DNA of 64,000 nt, taken from Chrysomallon squamiferum. Taxonomy: Eukaryota > Animalia > Mollusca. The notes beneath the pieces were generated by a model. It saw nothing but the letters and a program-made list of their open reading frames with translations, made no database searches and was not told the DNA's origin. Shown in pieces: positions 37,561 through 52,900 of this stretch (position 1 is its first letter; each line of letters starts with the position of its first letter). The translations under genes and the position numbers were made by a program. The stretch spans positions 19,592,001 to 19,656,000 of the forward strand of contig CM022679.1 of the NCBI GenBank assembly GCA_012295275.1, read 5' to 3'.

Positions 37561-40500
37561 TAACTAATTCAATTCTTTAGTATGGAGTAAAACTGAATTT
37601 CTAATATTCATAAACGTATATTATAATTTCTAATTAAGATAAATTCATAATGGCCGAAAACAAATTGATTAGTTCAGACACATTCAGTTATCTTCAACAA
37701 ATAAAAAGATACTATTAACAAACTGGAAAACAATAATAGAGACTAATTGCATCAAAAGGTTTATTTTATAATATGTTGGTTTTTGTCGGTCGTTTTCGGT
37801 ACCATATTTCTGTGTTCTTTCAATTTTGATATTAAATGTGATCATCTGTAAACAGAATGTCTCTGGAGAGTGTTATTTGGGTGGGGGGCTTGCCTGTTGC
37901 ACAGTCGTCCATACCCGGCTAAAAAACAATAAAAAAACAACAACTGATGGCCACATTTATGAATCTTCGAGTGCCCTCATTCATGTATAACGCCTGAGAA
38001 ACAGCAACCAGTATCACTGGAAACTCTACTGTTTCCTTTCCTTAAGAAATTGCTGTTAATGGAAGAATGAGTGACTGTTCGAATACAAATATGTTCTGAC
38101 AAAGTAGCTTCCCTTGATATTTTGAAATAAAATGACGATCAGGAGGCTGAAATGTACAACATGCCGTATCAGAATGTGCTACCAAACCTGAGGAGGCATT
38201 TCACTCCCAGATGGTGTTCAAACATTCATTAAATATTGCAAAGCGCCGCCGTTTTTGGTCCGCATTATTCTTTTGAACTGTTTTTATGACAGAGACGCGT
38301 GATTTATTTAAATATTATTTCTCAGCTTCAAGTGTTTGTGCTTCTGCTAAGTATTTATATATTCACATACTTACACATACAGTTAAACTGCTTAAAAATA
38401 ATACAATATCACAAAATGTATCATATAGTAAATTTCATCAGTCTTCACTTATAGAATGACATATGCTAGTATTATACATGTTAAATACAATACAACACTG
38501 TTCGTATTTTAATACAAAAATAACTAACACAACATGATACACATATATCACTTCAAAAATATAAACACATATTATCCGATGTATATTCAATTTCATACAC
38601 TGTTATTTAATGTTATAAATAATATACCTAATAATAGTAAATAAAACCTAATATGTAAATGAGGTAGTACCTTATCTTTAAAACACTGTGCAACATCTTT
38701 CCAAAAAACTCTAGATTACCAATGACTCATGTCACAGCAAACAGAAAAAAAGCAGTTTGAGTATTTCACATAAAATAAAGGCTTTATTTATTTATTTAGC
38801 TGGAACAACTAGTAAGATGAAAGACACTGCAGACTGAGATACACCCAGCTTCAACCTCAGTAATGCAGAACAAATAAAAGACAAGCTTTTATAGCAGACT
38901 GAGAAGAAATATGTTAAAAGCTAACTTTTTTTTAATAAAAATTATATACGCATTCTGCAGCATATTTATTGCGCAAATGTTATCTTATATTTTGAAAAAG
39001 AGTTTAATTTCAACCTGACATTTCGTTACTTTCCCCGAACGTGTTTCGGAAACATCGTTCATACAGTATTTCTTCATAAAAACCGCCTGGACCATACAAA
39101 CATTTGTATATAAAAGGTTTTGTTTTCTCACCCGAAAGTGATTGAAAACTTGATGAAAAACATCTGTAAAATCTGTTGACTATCTTCAAGCAACAGTCTC
39201 CTTTCATAAATATTAGCAATATTTCATGTTAAAAAAAAATAATAATAATAAAAAATAAAAAATATTCGAACTGAAGCTCGAAGCAATTGCACGACCATTT
39301 GCTCGACCTGAGAGAGACGTCCTGCTGTTGCCGAACCACACGTTATGACCCGAGTCAGACTTCACGCAGCCAGAACAGCCTCAGTTCTGTTTGAAGGTTC
39401 TTGTGTGTGAGCAAAATGATCATTCTTTTAGCAAGTTATTGATTTACCTCATAAAATTAGTATTAAAGTTATTGAATGTAGGTTGAAATGATATCGGAGC
39501 CAGGTACACTCCCTGTCTGTCCGTCCAGCTTGTTTAATAAATCATCAAAATTATTTAGGCCCATCACTTATTGGCATAATGTTAGTTACAGACTGTGTTT
39601 TGGAGACCTTCAGATTGTGAATGTTTTGAGCACTTAATTTATTTTTGATGCCCCAAAAAACGATAACAAGTACCTCAACAAATTATTTGATGACATATTC
39701 AAATTCATAGCTGTTACTGGTAATATTTTTAGCAGCAATAGTAAGACTAGAGATAATAGTATTAATAGTTATATCAGCAGCAATATTGTTATATATAGTA
39801 ACAGTAGCAGTAATATATGTAGTGGTAGTAGTAGGAGTAGTAGATGAAATAATAGTAGTAATAGATATAGAAGTGGTAATGGTAAAAGTAGTTACAATAA
39901 AAGAAGTATCAGTAGCAGAAGCGGTATCAGTAGCAGCATTAGGAGCAGTAAAAATATTAATTGAACCAGTAATAGTAGGAAATATTAAGAAACTGCAGAA
40001 ATAGTAGTAGCAGTTGAAGTATCTGTAGTAGTAGTGGTAGTAGTAGTAGTAATACCATTTTTGCTCCTGACAAAATTAAACAAAACAATGGTTGTTAGCT
40101 GTTGAGCTCGGCATGACCAATCGATTGATCAGGTCGGGCCGAACCTGACTTCCCGTCTATATCACTGCGGGTGTGTTGTCAATCGTCCACTTCACAGGCT
40201 GCACCAAGGCGCTTAAGGGAGGAGCTGTACAGTTAGTGGCCATTCTGAGAATGTTCACCACTGCACTATGGTGAGGTTACCGCACACGCAGGGGTTTAAA
40301 AGAAACTTTCATTATTTAGAGAAAGACAATAACAAATCTGAATATTTCAAATGCTTGAAATATTCATATTTGTTATTCTCTTTCATAATTAATGGTTAAA
40401 GACACATATTCAAACTTGCCCAACATACCCCAGGCTACCGCAGCTTGGAGGTAGCATGGGGTAATGCATAATACAGAAGAAAGATACTCTCAAATAAGCG

Positions 40501-40654
40501 TAAAACATAAGGGCCCTACCAACGATGGGTCAGCTTTGAGGCAGCTTGAGACAATATAGTATATCTAAGATAATTACACCTCAAATCACTGAAATAAGTA
40601 CAAAATACGTCATTTATTTCAAAAGCATTGTGTAAATCCAAGTATTTTCGCTCT

Positions 40655-40760
40655 CTGCAATTGTCACACAGAAAGTAGAAACCATGTCAGTATCTGCACA
40701 TTTCTCATGACACCAGCGCCCGCATCTGTTACAATTCACCCTACATATAGAGAGGTGCTT
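40655..40760 (-). mobile_element. PHD-finger remnant, probably the C-terminus of a decayed pogo/DDE transposase
   Basis: VNCNRCGRWCHEKCADTDMVSTF, then a frameshift to CDNC, gives the second half of a PHD finger. The sequence is isolated and frameshifted. Confidence 0.55.
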
Positions 40761-40803
40761 TGTATTAATTCCAGAAAAACAACAATAGCAAGAACAACGA
40801 CGG

Positions 40804-40841
<38 letters not shown>

Positions 40842-42802
40842 ACACACACACACACACATACACACACACATACACACACACACACACATACACGCACACA
40901 TACAAAGTAATAACACTAACGACAATAATAACAATATATGTAAGAAGAATTTTGGTCATAAATATGATGATGCAGTAGAGAACGTGAAACTAATCACGAG
41001 ATACGATATTAAATGTTGCCTTATTTAGTCACATCAAAACACATATGCAAAATCTGTGTATATTTACCTGCAGCATATGCCTCAGCGTCATCATACGCAG
41101 CTCCCTCAAAATATATTCGCACTGTTTTGTCTGACTACAGTTCATGGTTATAACAGATATCAAAACAAACCATCAACTAAAGATGAACACATCATCAAAG
41201 TAAACAGTGTCATATTAATATTGTAAAAATTTAGACCATATATATATCTGAGTATATGTAAAAAAAAAAATACAGGCTTTTTTCTTGGATGGTCCTGTTT
41301 ACTTAATTCATTTTGTGTCAAACGGAAATCAGCTTAGGACCTCACCTCGTGGGAATATATTAAAACAGCTTAAATGCCCAACGATTATTCTTGAATTAAT
41401 TATAAACGAAACACTGAACACTGTTTCACACGTATATCCATTCTCCGTTTCATGCTAGTAACCAAGTGATCGGGAATCGCAAAATATCTAAAGAAACTGT
41501 GTCCATGAAATAAAATGTTTGGCTCTCGATACTCTGCATAAATCCTTTGCAGTGATCTATGTTTATTTTGTCATCAAACAGTTACAATGCAGTAAAGCTC
41601 GTTCACTCAAAATCAAATACTGGCTTGATTAGTGGCCGAAAAAGCTAACCTTATAGGGTTGTCGAATTCATTTATATATATTTTGGATTAATTACAGTCT
41701 ATTTATTTATTTTTCAGTGAAGTATTCTGTTAATTATTACTAAATATTTTGATGAAGGTGCCAAATATTTTAACAAGCATTATAGAGCTACATGGCACGC
41801 TAAAATGGCATAGTTAAACCAGTGGCGTTAAGGAACATGTCTCTTTTGTCTCCTAATAAAACCTTAGAATGAAAAACCTCCTTTTCTGCAGAGGGGAAAA
41901 ATCTTCAGGAAAAAAGATATACTGTTCATCATCACATATAATGTCATGGATAATACATATACTGTGAACAAGGTAAACAAAGTTATCATGTCACAAAACT
42001 AATAGAAATTACTATTATTGTTGTTAAACATATTACTTGTAAAACTGGAATCTTTAGCGAATGAAATTTTTTATTTCATTATGTTTTAGACGGTGTCAGC
42101 AGTACATGGAGCAGTTAAAAAGATTAAGTTGACGTCAAAAGCAAGCAGTTAACCTCAGTTATGAGAAACAACAGTCTACGTCGGTGACTGCTAATAAATA
42201 ATAACATGCAGCTACACAGTCTAATATGCTAATTAGTACAACGGCTTACAACATAAAATATATATATATATATATATATATATCTCATTCTCTTTGTTTC
42301 ATTTACATTTTTTTCTGTAGTTATACACGACAAAAGATAGATATTATATTAAATTTATTTTTATATATTTGTTTTTTAAATTTTAGATTCTTAAATTTGT
42401 ATTATTAGTTGTATTATTATTATTTTTGTTTTTTGAGTAAGTTAGTTACATCAGTGGTTAATATGAGTTTAATAGAAGTTATTACTATGCAGTTAACATA
42501 AAAAATATTTATGTGTCATATCCGTATCGGAATTATAATATTAGATATCAGAACAGCTGTAGATTGCAAAATAATTTTATTTGAAACATTCCGTGACAAA
42601 GAAGGTGTAAAGAATAATGAAAATGATGAATCGTCTGTGATGAATTTCCTGATACAATTTGAAGTGTTAGGGTGTTGTCAAAATTAAAACCAAATGCTTG
42701 CCGATCTGTTTACTGGTTTGTTCCACTGACACATCCGCACACACATATACAAATAAAATGAAAAATTAATTAAAAAAAAAACATATTTTTGTGAAATGAA
42801 AT

Positions 42803-42928
<126 letters not shown>

Positions 42929-43171
42929 TTAAAAAGAATTAAGGTAAACCAACATTATGATAAATATTATAACGGTTGCCTGAAGCGAATTTATCCGACA
43001 ATAAAAGGAAGATGACTGACATGTTTGTTTCGTATTTTGTTTGTTTCTGTGTCAGTATTACGAGCTTATTCATTAGCTCAAGTCAGGACGCTTGCGTTCA
43101 TCTTCTTCTCTTTTTTTTTTAAATTTGCATCAATAGCATGTCTTTGAGAAATCTTCAGATATAATTTTGGT

Positions 43172-43202
<31 letters not shown>

Positions 43203-43539
43203 TTTTGTATTGTTATAATTACTTCTAAGAAGCATATCGTAAGCTGTTACCAATGTAATTTTTGAGTTACGAAATTTAAAACTAGTGAAATAAACTACAC
43301 CAATAAACTCATTTATTTTCTGTTGCTCTTTTGACTACAGTATTTTAAATAGTAGTAATCAGTTTATGTATTTTACTGATTAATATGACTTACAGGAAGG
43401 AATTATAATTTGTAGATAATCATATATTAAGTAGACTGACTTATAAATATCTGTCTGGATATTCAGCATCTGGAACTAAACAAACAATCAGATAATATAA
43501 TATAATATAATATAAACGTTGTTCTGCTATTAAAGATAC

Positions 43540-43660
43540 CACGTACATAAAATGTCTTCTCGGTGGCCAGGCTGTGGCACTCCTCTCGCACTAGACAATG
43601 ATGTTTTCATCATCATCACTGATAACAATATATCTTTTTTCTCACTGCATACTAATACTA
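43540..43660 (+). promoter_or_regulatory. Probable core promoter and non-coding first exon of cadherin B
   Basis: CATAAAA at about 43546, a GC-richer stretch, donor CTA|gtaagt at 43660/43661, and acceptor ttattcgcag at 43903 ahead of the ATG exon. Confidence 0.4.
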
Positions 43661-43983
43661 GTAAGTGATACAAATAAAACATTTCTCCGCCTTAATATCT
43701 TAGGCAACTAACTGTTTTATGGTTCTTGTAACACCCTAAGGCATCGAATGATACATATTTCTTCGTGCTTGTGTGTGTCAAGTATTTCCAAGCCAAAATC
43801 TGTCAGTATTTTGTCATTTTAAGCGTTCTCCTTCCAACAATATTTTATTACTTTTATCCGGTTAAGACGCATTGTAAACGTGCGTATTTTATTTTATTCG
43901 CAGATTCCAACATAAGCAGGCCATTATGGTTACCATTAAAAATATATTACTGTAAAGGATATAATATCTGTTTAGAAAAGACA

Positions 43984-46900
43984 ATGATGCGGAGTTTGTT
44001 ACTGTTGCTAACGTTTTCACATTTGTTGATACCAACCAAACAACAAATCAGACCATTTATTGGTAAGTACCACACAAAGCTCGAAGACTTTTATTGATGG
44101 AAATTTATGATTTCACCAATAATGGAAAAAGTTACTTTCATGACCTGGTAAAAATTTAAACTATATACACATGTGCATATTTGCGTTTTATCACATATAT
44201 GTAAAAAGACACTAACTTGTTTTCAGGTTTTTCAATTTTATTTTCTAAAAGTGTTTAGAACGCTGACGTTTTGTTTTATATTTTTAATTACATAAATAAT
44301 AAAATAATATAATCGTTTATTTTTGTTCAGTTATATGTCACCTCAAATGCATCTAGATACATTAAATTTAAACAAATTATAATTTATTCTGCTATCTTCT
44401 AGTAATTCGTTTGTTCCAAATACTGTAAATATATGCAAGAATTAAATGCATGCGCTTATATTATCTTTTTAAATGTATTTTGTTTTACTTTAATTTTATT
44501 TTAGAATCTGTATGCGTTTGTTTGCTTGTATCTCTAAAAAAAAAAATTAAAAAAGAAAGAAAGAAAGAACGAAAAAAAGAAAGAAGTTGGCAACTATTAT
44601 TTGTTTATTTATTTATTTCTATTTAAAATATTGTACATTTATTTTTTCTTATTATTTTTTGTGCAGTATTTTATAATTAATGTTCTAGAAAGTTCTTCGG
44701 ATAAAATCATTTATATTCAAGTCACACAATATTGAATGTCAGGTTATTGCTTCGTGTGGAGGTTACAGACATACACCTGTATGAAGGATTAGGCTTGTCA
44801 TACCTGTTCTCTGACAATCTTCATTAACATATTACTCCGTTATATTTGCATTTTTCTTAATTTTATTAGCACCGTCTTAAATATAACATTCGTTTGCATC
44901 AGGACATATACTGAATGTTTAAAACAACTAAGCGTTTAAATAAAATAAAAACACACAAATGAAAAAGTAAAAATATTTTCGATTGTTCTGATAAATAGTT
45001 CATGATATTTAATAATCAAATCCTGTAGTAGATATTCTTCCTATTCTGACTTCACTAGCTACTAAACAGTTGGATCGCCTGCTTGTAATGTTTGTAAATT
45101 GATGATATTTTTTTTTTTTTTTTTTTTGGCGGGGGTTGAGCGGAGTGTGGTTAATCGTTTTTTTAAATTAAATATGATAATTACATGTCCTAACAGACAA
45201 CATTTATTTATTATGGTTATTTTCAGGTTCATGTCAGGAAGCTTCAATACAAGGAACAATTCGAGTGTCTATCGAGGAAGCAGACCGTCAGATTGATTTA
45301 GACCGTGAGTGTCCCGGCCAGCATCACGTATAAAAACTGTAAAACACTTTCAACGTTATAATTGATTTTCTCATTTAATACAGTTGATGATACTCTTTTT
45401 GTGGAATGTAGAAAAATAATTATAAAATTTATGGACAATACAAATTATATACAAGGGTGTATTCATGTGCGTATAGAGGAGCATATAGGGTAAGGTGGGG
45501 TAACTCTGACCCCCTTTTCCATTCATTCTCAGTTTCACAGACAAAAGTAAACAACAAAATGGAGAGAATAATGTGTAGTAAAGATGTTTCTGCTTCAAAA
45601 TACACAAACACTATATGCATAATGCTTACACTTTTGGAATGGTTAAAAATTGTTGTCAGGGGCCAGATCTCTGTCTTCTAGTTCAGGCTCGTCGCATCAA
45701 CGTTTTCTTTGACTGCATCCACCGGTTCTGCTGTAGCATTCAAATTAATTTGCCGTTTTGACTTTGGTATCTGCTTCCGTTTTTTTTGTTTTTTGTTTTT
45801 AGTTGGGGTTTTTTGTGGTTTTTCCTCTCTCACCTTTGTTTTCCTTGCCTTTTCTTCCTCCTTCTTCTTCTTCCCTGCCAACTCTTCTTCATACCTCTTG
45901 ACACTTTCTTCTTCTCTCAATGCCTTGGAATACATTATCCTCTTGATTTTATTTGATGTTTGACAACATACCCCACCAGATGGACTGTGGACTTTCAGCT
46001 GTTTCAAAAAAACTTTAATAAAACTCAGAATGGGCTATAATCAATGCCAAAACTATTGATTTCACCACCAAATATGGGGGCGAGATTTACCCCTTCCATG
46101 AGGGCCAGAATTGCCCCAAGTGGTGGAGTAAAATAAAACACATATTTCTTGCCTAATTACCACATATTAATCAAGTTTCTTCTGCTGAACTTAATAATTG
46201 ATTATATGTTTACCTGTTATAATTTATTACTAACCTTATGTCTATAGGACTGAAAAAATAACACTCACTTTTGAAACCTCAAAAAGCACGTTTTTTTTAC
46301 AACCTTGTTGTTTTCATTACTTTCATGGCCACTATACTTCACATGTAAATGGCTGATTACCTACATCCTTTGTTCTAATGAGAGATAGGAAGGTTCTATT
46401 TATATCAACAAAATTCCAGAAATCTGGACAGAGCAGTATAGTGGCTGCAAGTCATAATATACCTCGGCGGCCAGAATTGCCCTGGGGCCAGAATTACCCC
46501 ACCTTACCCTATATTTAAAACCAAATTTCTGTCCGTTTTTTAAGGCTTAATAAAACAATAAAAAATAAAAATCAATTTAATTTTTATTATAACTATCATT
46601 CTCCTCTATGAATTTTTACCATCTGTCAATGTATTATAGGTGCTGTTGCCTTTTCATTCGACTCAAGGAGAAACTTTGAAGTCTTAGAGATTTTACGAAA
46701 ATCCTCATTTCAAAATCTTACTAAAATATATACATGTTCATATGTCTGTACTTTCAGAATACCCTACAAGATACAGAAATGGTTTACGACTTAAAGCTGA
46801 GCCTAGTACTATAGGATTACAGTTTGATATGGTGCAGCCGCGGGCGCGTCTTGATCCAAATCAGTACTTCATTCTAGAAGATGGACCACGCAGCGATGGG

Positions 46901-49900
46901 CTGCCTGGAAGAGAATGGTTCCTACAACTTATCAGACCACTGGATAGAGATGTTAGTATTATAAAATGTACATCATTTTACAAAGAAATTCCTTTCGTTT
47001 TCTGGAGCATAATTATTGTTTTGGGTCATTCCGTGTCAAATCACCCCCAAAAAAAAGAAATTTAAACCCGACCGTCTCAGATTTTTATAAAACTTGGTAT
47101 ACATAGGACTTTGATTTGAATTCTATTCTGTTGAGTTTAGGCGAAACTCCTGTCAAACTCCATTCACTAGCACATTCCAGTAAATGAATGAAAGGACAGA
47201 AAAAAACTAGCATCAGCTACAGTAACATTAAAATGACATCTTAATGTCTGAATCCTACCCAGAGCGTGTGCAAATCTTGATTTTGTCACCCTTTACCATT
47301 GAAAGGACAATGAATTGAAGGAGGAAATAATCCAATTTTATGAAAGTGATGAGAAGAGTAGAATGTGCCTTGGAATGAAGGATACAGTGAGCATCTGAAA
47401 CAAACATAGTGAGAAGGTTAAGCATCAGAAACACCTAGTTCTCTCAAATTTATGTGAACTTTATGCATACATGTAGGCCTACAATGTCTTACTCGATGAT
47501 CAAGAAAGATGGTGATCCCTAGCATCCAGAATTGATCATTCAGGTTTTAGTTAATCAGATGTTAATGGCTGAAAAGGTGTTATTTTCATGTATGTGCATT
47601 TTTTAAATCTATATTGTGGCTAAACAAAAAATATTACACCCAGGAAACTTTTATACGTTTTAGTTAACATGTGGGAGATTAAATTTCAATAAAGGTCATC
47701 TCAAGATCACGTGATCCACATGGTCAATTTCAAGGTCATAGCAAAGGTCAAAAGGTCAAGGTACTCCAATATTTTCCAAACTAAACAAAAATGGCAGATT
47801 TGGTATCCTTGTCATTTTGCCTTTCTAACAATACCAATTTTATGAAGATTGGCCCAGTAGTTCCTGAGATAAAAGGGTTCTAAGGTTGGTGGTCACACCC
47901 ATTTTGGGCAAAAATCTCAAAATTCGGTGGGCCGTATTTCCCACACCACTGGTCTGATTGAGCTAAAATTTCAGATTTGGTGCTGTGGGATCCTAGTCAA
48001 CAAGTATACCAAGTTTCATAAAAATCTGAGACGGTCGGGTTTAAACCATTGGGTGATTTGACATGGAATGACCCTTTTATTACTTCGTAACACTGGAAGT
48101 TATGCCGAAGCATTCTTTAAAATGTTTATTAAAATAGAATAATACAATATTTATTCTTGCATTTTGCATAGACATCTTGTGTTAAAAATTATTAAGTTTG
48201 TATCCTAGTAAAACATATTCCTACAGATTTAATTAATTTTTCAGAATTAATTAATATAATCAATAAATAATAAACTCAAAGCTGTCTTGAAGCTCATTTT
48301 ACTTGTATATCTTTTATTTTACAAGGCATCTCTTTTTATTATTATCATTAACAGTAGTAGTATGTTTTTATTATTATCATTAATAGTAGTAGTGTTTTTA
48401 TTATTGTTGTTTTTCAGGGGCCGACTGACTCTGAATCCGATGACATCAATCGAGATGAGTACACACTTCAATGCACGGATTTACTCACAAGAACAGTGAG
48501 TTGTTTCATAGATCAAAGATAGCCAAGCATCATATATGCAATATTTGTTTACCAATGTCTGAGATATGACCTGAACATATCAGAAGTTGCCAAATTTTAG
48601 TATGTATATATCCGTAGCCCTGTGGCACATCTTGGTGCCTACTCTTAAACTATCCCTGAAATGTTTGAGGCCTACTGTTTATGTTTTGTGATTTATTATC
48701 CTTCAAAATAAAGAGTTACCACTTTTCCCAGACCAAAAATAGAATCCCAGTACCATTGTGCATAAGGTAGACAATATATATATATATAAAGTTAGATCTA
48801 GTATTCAAATATTGAAAGTATTACAGCCAATCACTGTTCAGTTTCCAGTATTGATATTACTCAAACTACTGAATGTTACCTCCAATCAAAACACAGTTTA
48901 GGATGACAAGTACAAATGGAATGGAGCCACAAAAACAATGTTCTTGCACTATAGAGAAATGTAATAAAAACAAAAATTGTTTTAGTAGGTTAAGTTGGCT
49001 GTTTTGTTTGCCATCGTAATCATCACTGATATCTTTAGCAGTTTTGGTTAATTTGCTTTCAAACTTATTAGTGTCACATATATTAAGCTGTTTTGGTGTC
49101 AGGAAGACAAAAAAAACTGATCAGTTGCAGCTAATTGATAATTGCATTTAACAGAGTGCCAACATCAGTGTTTTCTCTCATCAACATTTTATATTTAATA
49201 ACATTCATTAAAATGTTTAGCATGTTCAAATGTAACAGTGCTCACCTTTATGACTTTTGTTTTCAGACTTTCTTTACGGAACTGTTAGTTTTGATTGTTG
49301 ATGTTAATGATAATGCTCCTCAGTTTGTGATGGCACCATATTCTGTTTCTGTCAATGAGGTAAGAACTAGTCATGCAGAATCAAATTTCCTGATAAGGAT
49401 AAATTAAATAATATACTTAAAGATATATCTGATTAAGATATGCCCAGATATCTATCTATTTGACCATCAGGCAAAGAAAGCATAGAAAGCATATATACCA
49501 TAATGCATATATCACACACATATATGCTTGCATGAAGACTCACACATATGTACATACATTCATGTATAATTCCTTTTGATAAAAATAAGTAGAAATTTAA
49601 ACATTGCTCCCTATGAAAAATTATCTCTTTGCTGAAAGAGATTCTTATGAAATCAGTGCCAGGTTATGAGAGGCATCTAGATTACTTTTCTGGTGGTTAC
49701 TGTGAAATGTTATTTTCTCAATAATGTAAACAGATATTTTATGTTTCACTTTAGCTTACACCAGTTGGCACAACTCTGTTTCGTGACATTAAAGCCACAG
49801 ACAAAGATTACGGAGACAATAAGAACATCATATTCAGCATTTTACCAGGAGATGGAACACTGGTACTGTTTATTTTCATTACATTTTATCTATGCTGTCA

Positions 49901-52900
49901 CTTCAACAATAAGTATAATGTTGCAATGTCATAAGGTTATATTATACTTATGATTTCCAGTTAATGGAAAATTTAGAATTTTCAATCAACATATGATGAA
50001 TATTTAAATTTATTTATTAACTAAATAGTTCAGGGACTATGAAATATTTTCTCACTTATGAGAGATAATGATAATCATTCACAAGACTTGAAATAATTTT
50101 GTGTCTGTATATATACTTTCAGAAAATCAATTCTAAACACTGACCAATACAAAAAGTGTGGTGATCTATATGTGACATAATTAAAATATTTTTTATGTTA
50201 TAATTATACCTTTTACACATTTCAATTTCCTTTTTTATGTTATTAATATGTTTAACTGAAATTGCGTTTTCTTGCTCTTATATATTTATTTTTGACTGTT
50301 TGTCTTAAAGAGTGATGGCAGTAACAAATTTCTGATTGGTGGACCAATGTCTGGATTGATCACTATTAACCAAGTCTTAGATTTTGAAAGTTTGAGTGCT
50401 TCTGGGAACACAAATTACATCCTGACCATTCAAGCTTCCGTAAGTTCTTTTTATAAAGTCACCGTAAAGTGGTATTTTACTTGGAGGTCTTAAAAAACCT
50501 GTTTATTCATTATCAGAAATGATTGTGGATCCATTCAAAGTTGATTTTCATGCAATAACATATAATGAATGTTGAGACACATCACTAAAATATTTATTTC
50601 ATAAAGGGAAATAATAAATAAAATTTTAACTGCATAACATTTTTACAAAAATGTGTAGATATTTGAATATCTTCTGTATATTTAATTCATCATTATTGTA
50701 ATTCAGGACAGTGCCCCAAATCCTAAGGACAGGAAGACCACCCAGACAACTTTAACAATAACAATTACAGACGGAGATGATTTGCCTCCAGCCTTCCATT
50801 ACCCATCTTGTCACAAAGACAGAGGAGCTTGCTTCAATCCTGAGTATGAAGCACAGATAGTGTCAGGAGGAAGTGTATGTTTTAGTGATTTTAATCAGAT
50901 ATTTAAAATAACAAACTATTTCAGTTAAAAAAAAAAAATGTGTTATCTCAGTTTCTGTGATAGAGGTCTTTTTCAATAAGCAGTAAACAGAAGCAAACAA
51001 AGATGTTTCTACTGAACCTATGCAAACACGTTCTAAGAATCAGTGGATATCTACTTATCTTAAATATTTCTAAATTACCAATTCAGTTTTAGGATAAGTA
51101 CATTGTACAGCATTAAAATATCCAGTTATTGCATTCTAATGAAGTAGGTTTTATTTTGCAGCTTGGACCACTGAAGACTGTGTCTATCCCTTCTTCCATT
51201 CCAAATGCTGTTATTCCAATACAGGCCAGGGATCTGGATGTATCTCTCAATTATCCAATTATGTTTTCTCTAATACAAAGTAGGTTTTAGTTTAAAATTC
51301 ATTGAAGTTATTTGACTATTGTTCTGTTACAAAAGAAATAATTCTGTTATCTGCTTTAAATAAAATATCATCATCATGGTGATAAATTGTTACTACTGTC
51401 ATGGTTATAATATTATCATCACAATCAATGTACTGTAGTATAAAGTTAAAGATTATGATTTAAGGCATTCAGCACAAACTGACTGTTAGAGAATATGCAA
51501 ATTATAATATATAACAAAAAATTGAAGTTATAATTGAGTGGTTTTTTAAAAATACACAGATGTTTTATTTAATTTTTAAAGCTGAAGAATATTTTAGAAT
51601 TTATTTTCAAGTTGGCCACCTATTCAAAGAATTTACCTATGACTGTACATTCATAATTAAGATAAAATGGTGAATAAAATGATAGAGAATCACCTGATAA
51701 AAAGCTAACAATTTTAAAACAAAGTGATGTTTGCTTTTCAGCCATACCCACGGGATATGAGTCATATTTTACACTCAGGACTGTGCCTCCCTCAACAGGA
51801 GGTCTGTATACAGCACAGCTTTCCCTCATCAGAGCAATTAGCAAGAGTGATATATCAGCACTGCGGCTTGTACTTAAAGTGTGTATCTCAGCTTGCATTC
51901 TGTTTAGTTATTCAAATACCACTTGTCTTAGACCAAGCTCAGACCTCAGTATTGTTCATGCAGATAGCAGTGGCATTGGCCTCAGATAAAGAATACTCAA
52001 TACTGCTTTAAAAGTATATATTATGTTTATTAGTTGAATAGCTATAATGGTCAGGATATAGGAAATAGATAACTGTATATTCTTTGCTTGCAGTGACTAT
52101 TTGCTGATAAGTTTTTAGATACAGATATTTATTTTCTAGTCTTCTTGTTGTATTAATAATATTGATTTTTCATTTCATAACTGTAAAAAAAAAAAAAAAG
52201 TATTATTCTGTAGGCTTTTCATTTCAATATTGTAATGTAACTGATTTTTTTTTCTTCTGCTAGGCTCAGGAGGTATCTGGTAGTGAACGGTTCAATCGTG
52301 CCATTGTGTATATATCAGTGATTGCAGCTAATGACCATGACCCCATGGTGTCCACTACCACTGGAGACCTCACAGGATATATAAAAGAGGATGCCCTTAG
52401 AGACTTCTATGTCAAAGATAACAACTATAAAAACGCTATGAAAGTCTTGGTGTCTGACCTTGACATTGTGAGTAAATTATAAAATTTTAATGACAGTAAT
52501 CTTTTCATTGGATAGTGCAGATGAAAATGTTTGTCATGCTGATATTATTGAATCTTAAGTTCATGAAAATCTTCATAGACACCACTTCTGATAAAACATT
52601 TGGTGCACAGCATGACTGAAAACTCTAAGAATATTTATTTAGAAATTTTCTTTTGTTTCTTATTTTTAATTTTCAAATATTTTCAGACATAATCTGATAA
52701 ACTTTTCAGCACATTAATCAAAGATTTATAATAGCATTTTTAATCACTTTTTTCTTTAAAAGTGTTAGTAAATTTCATATATTTTGTGATCATTTATATT
52801 ATCCTTTCAGTCTCCTGGTGAACCACCACAACAATATACATTTTCAACAGTAACTCCAAGTGCATTTCGGGTTGATACCGAAGGATTTGTGCGTGTTTCG

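Noticed and set aside
40085-40300. GC-rich block tested as an HDV-like ribozyme or retroposon 5' end
   Set aside because: I could not build the P1/P3/P1.1 pairings; probably an unclassified repeat fragment.
32349-41355. Su(H)/CSL-like sites TGTGGGAA (32349) and CGTGGGAA (41348)
   Set aside because: Two isolated 8-mers in 16 kb, unpaired, and not distinguishable from chance.
45678-46007. 109-aa K/E-rich ORF as a nested host gene
   Set aside because: It lies wholly inside a TIR-bounded transposon and is best read as a transposase remnant.
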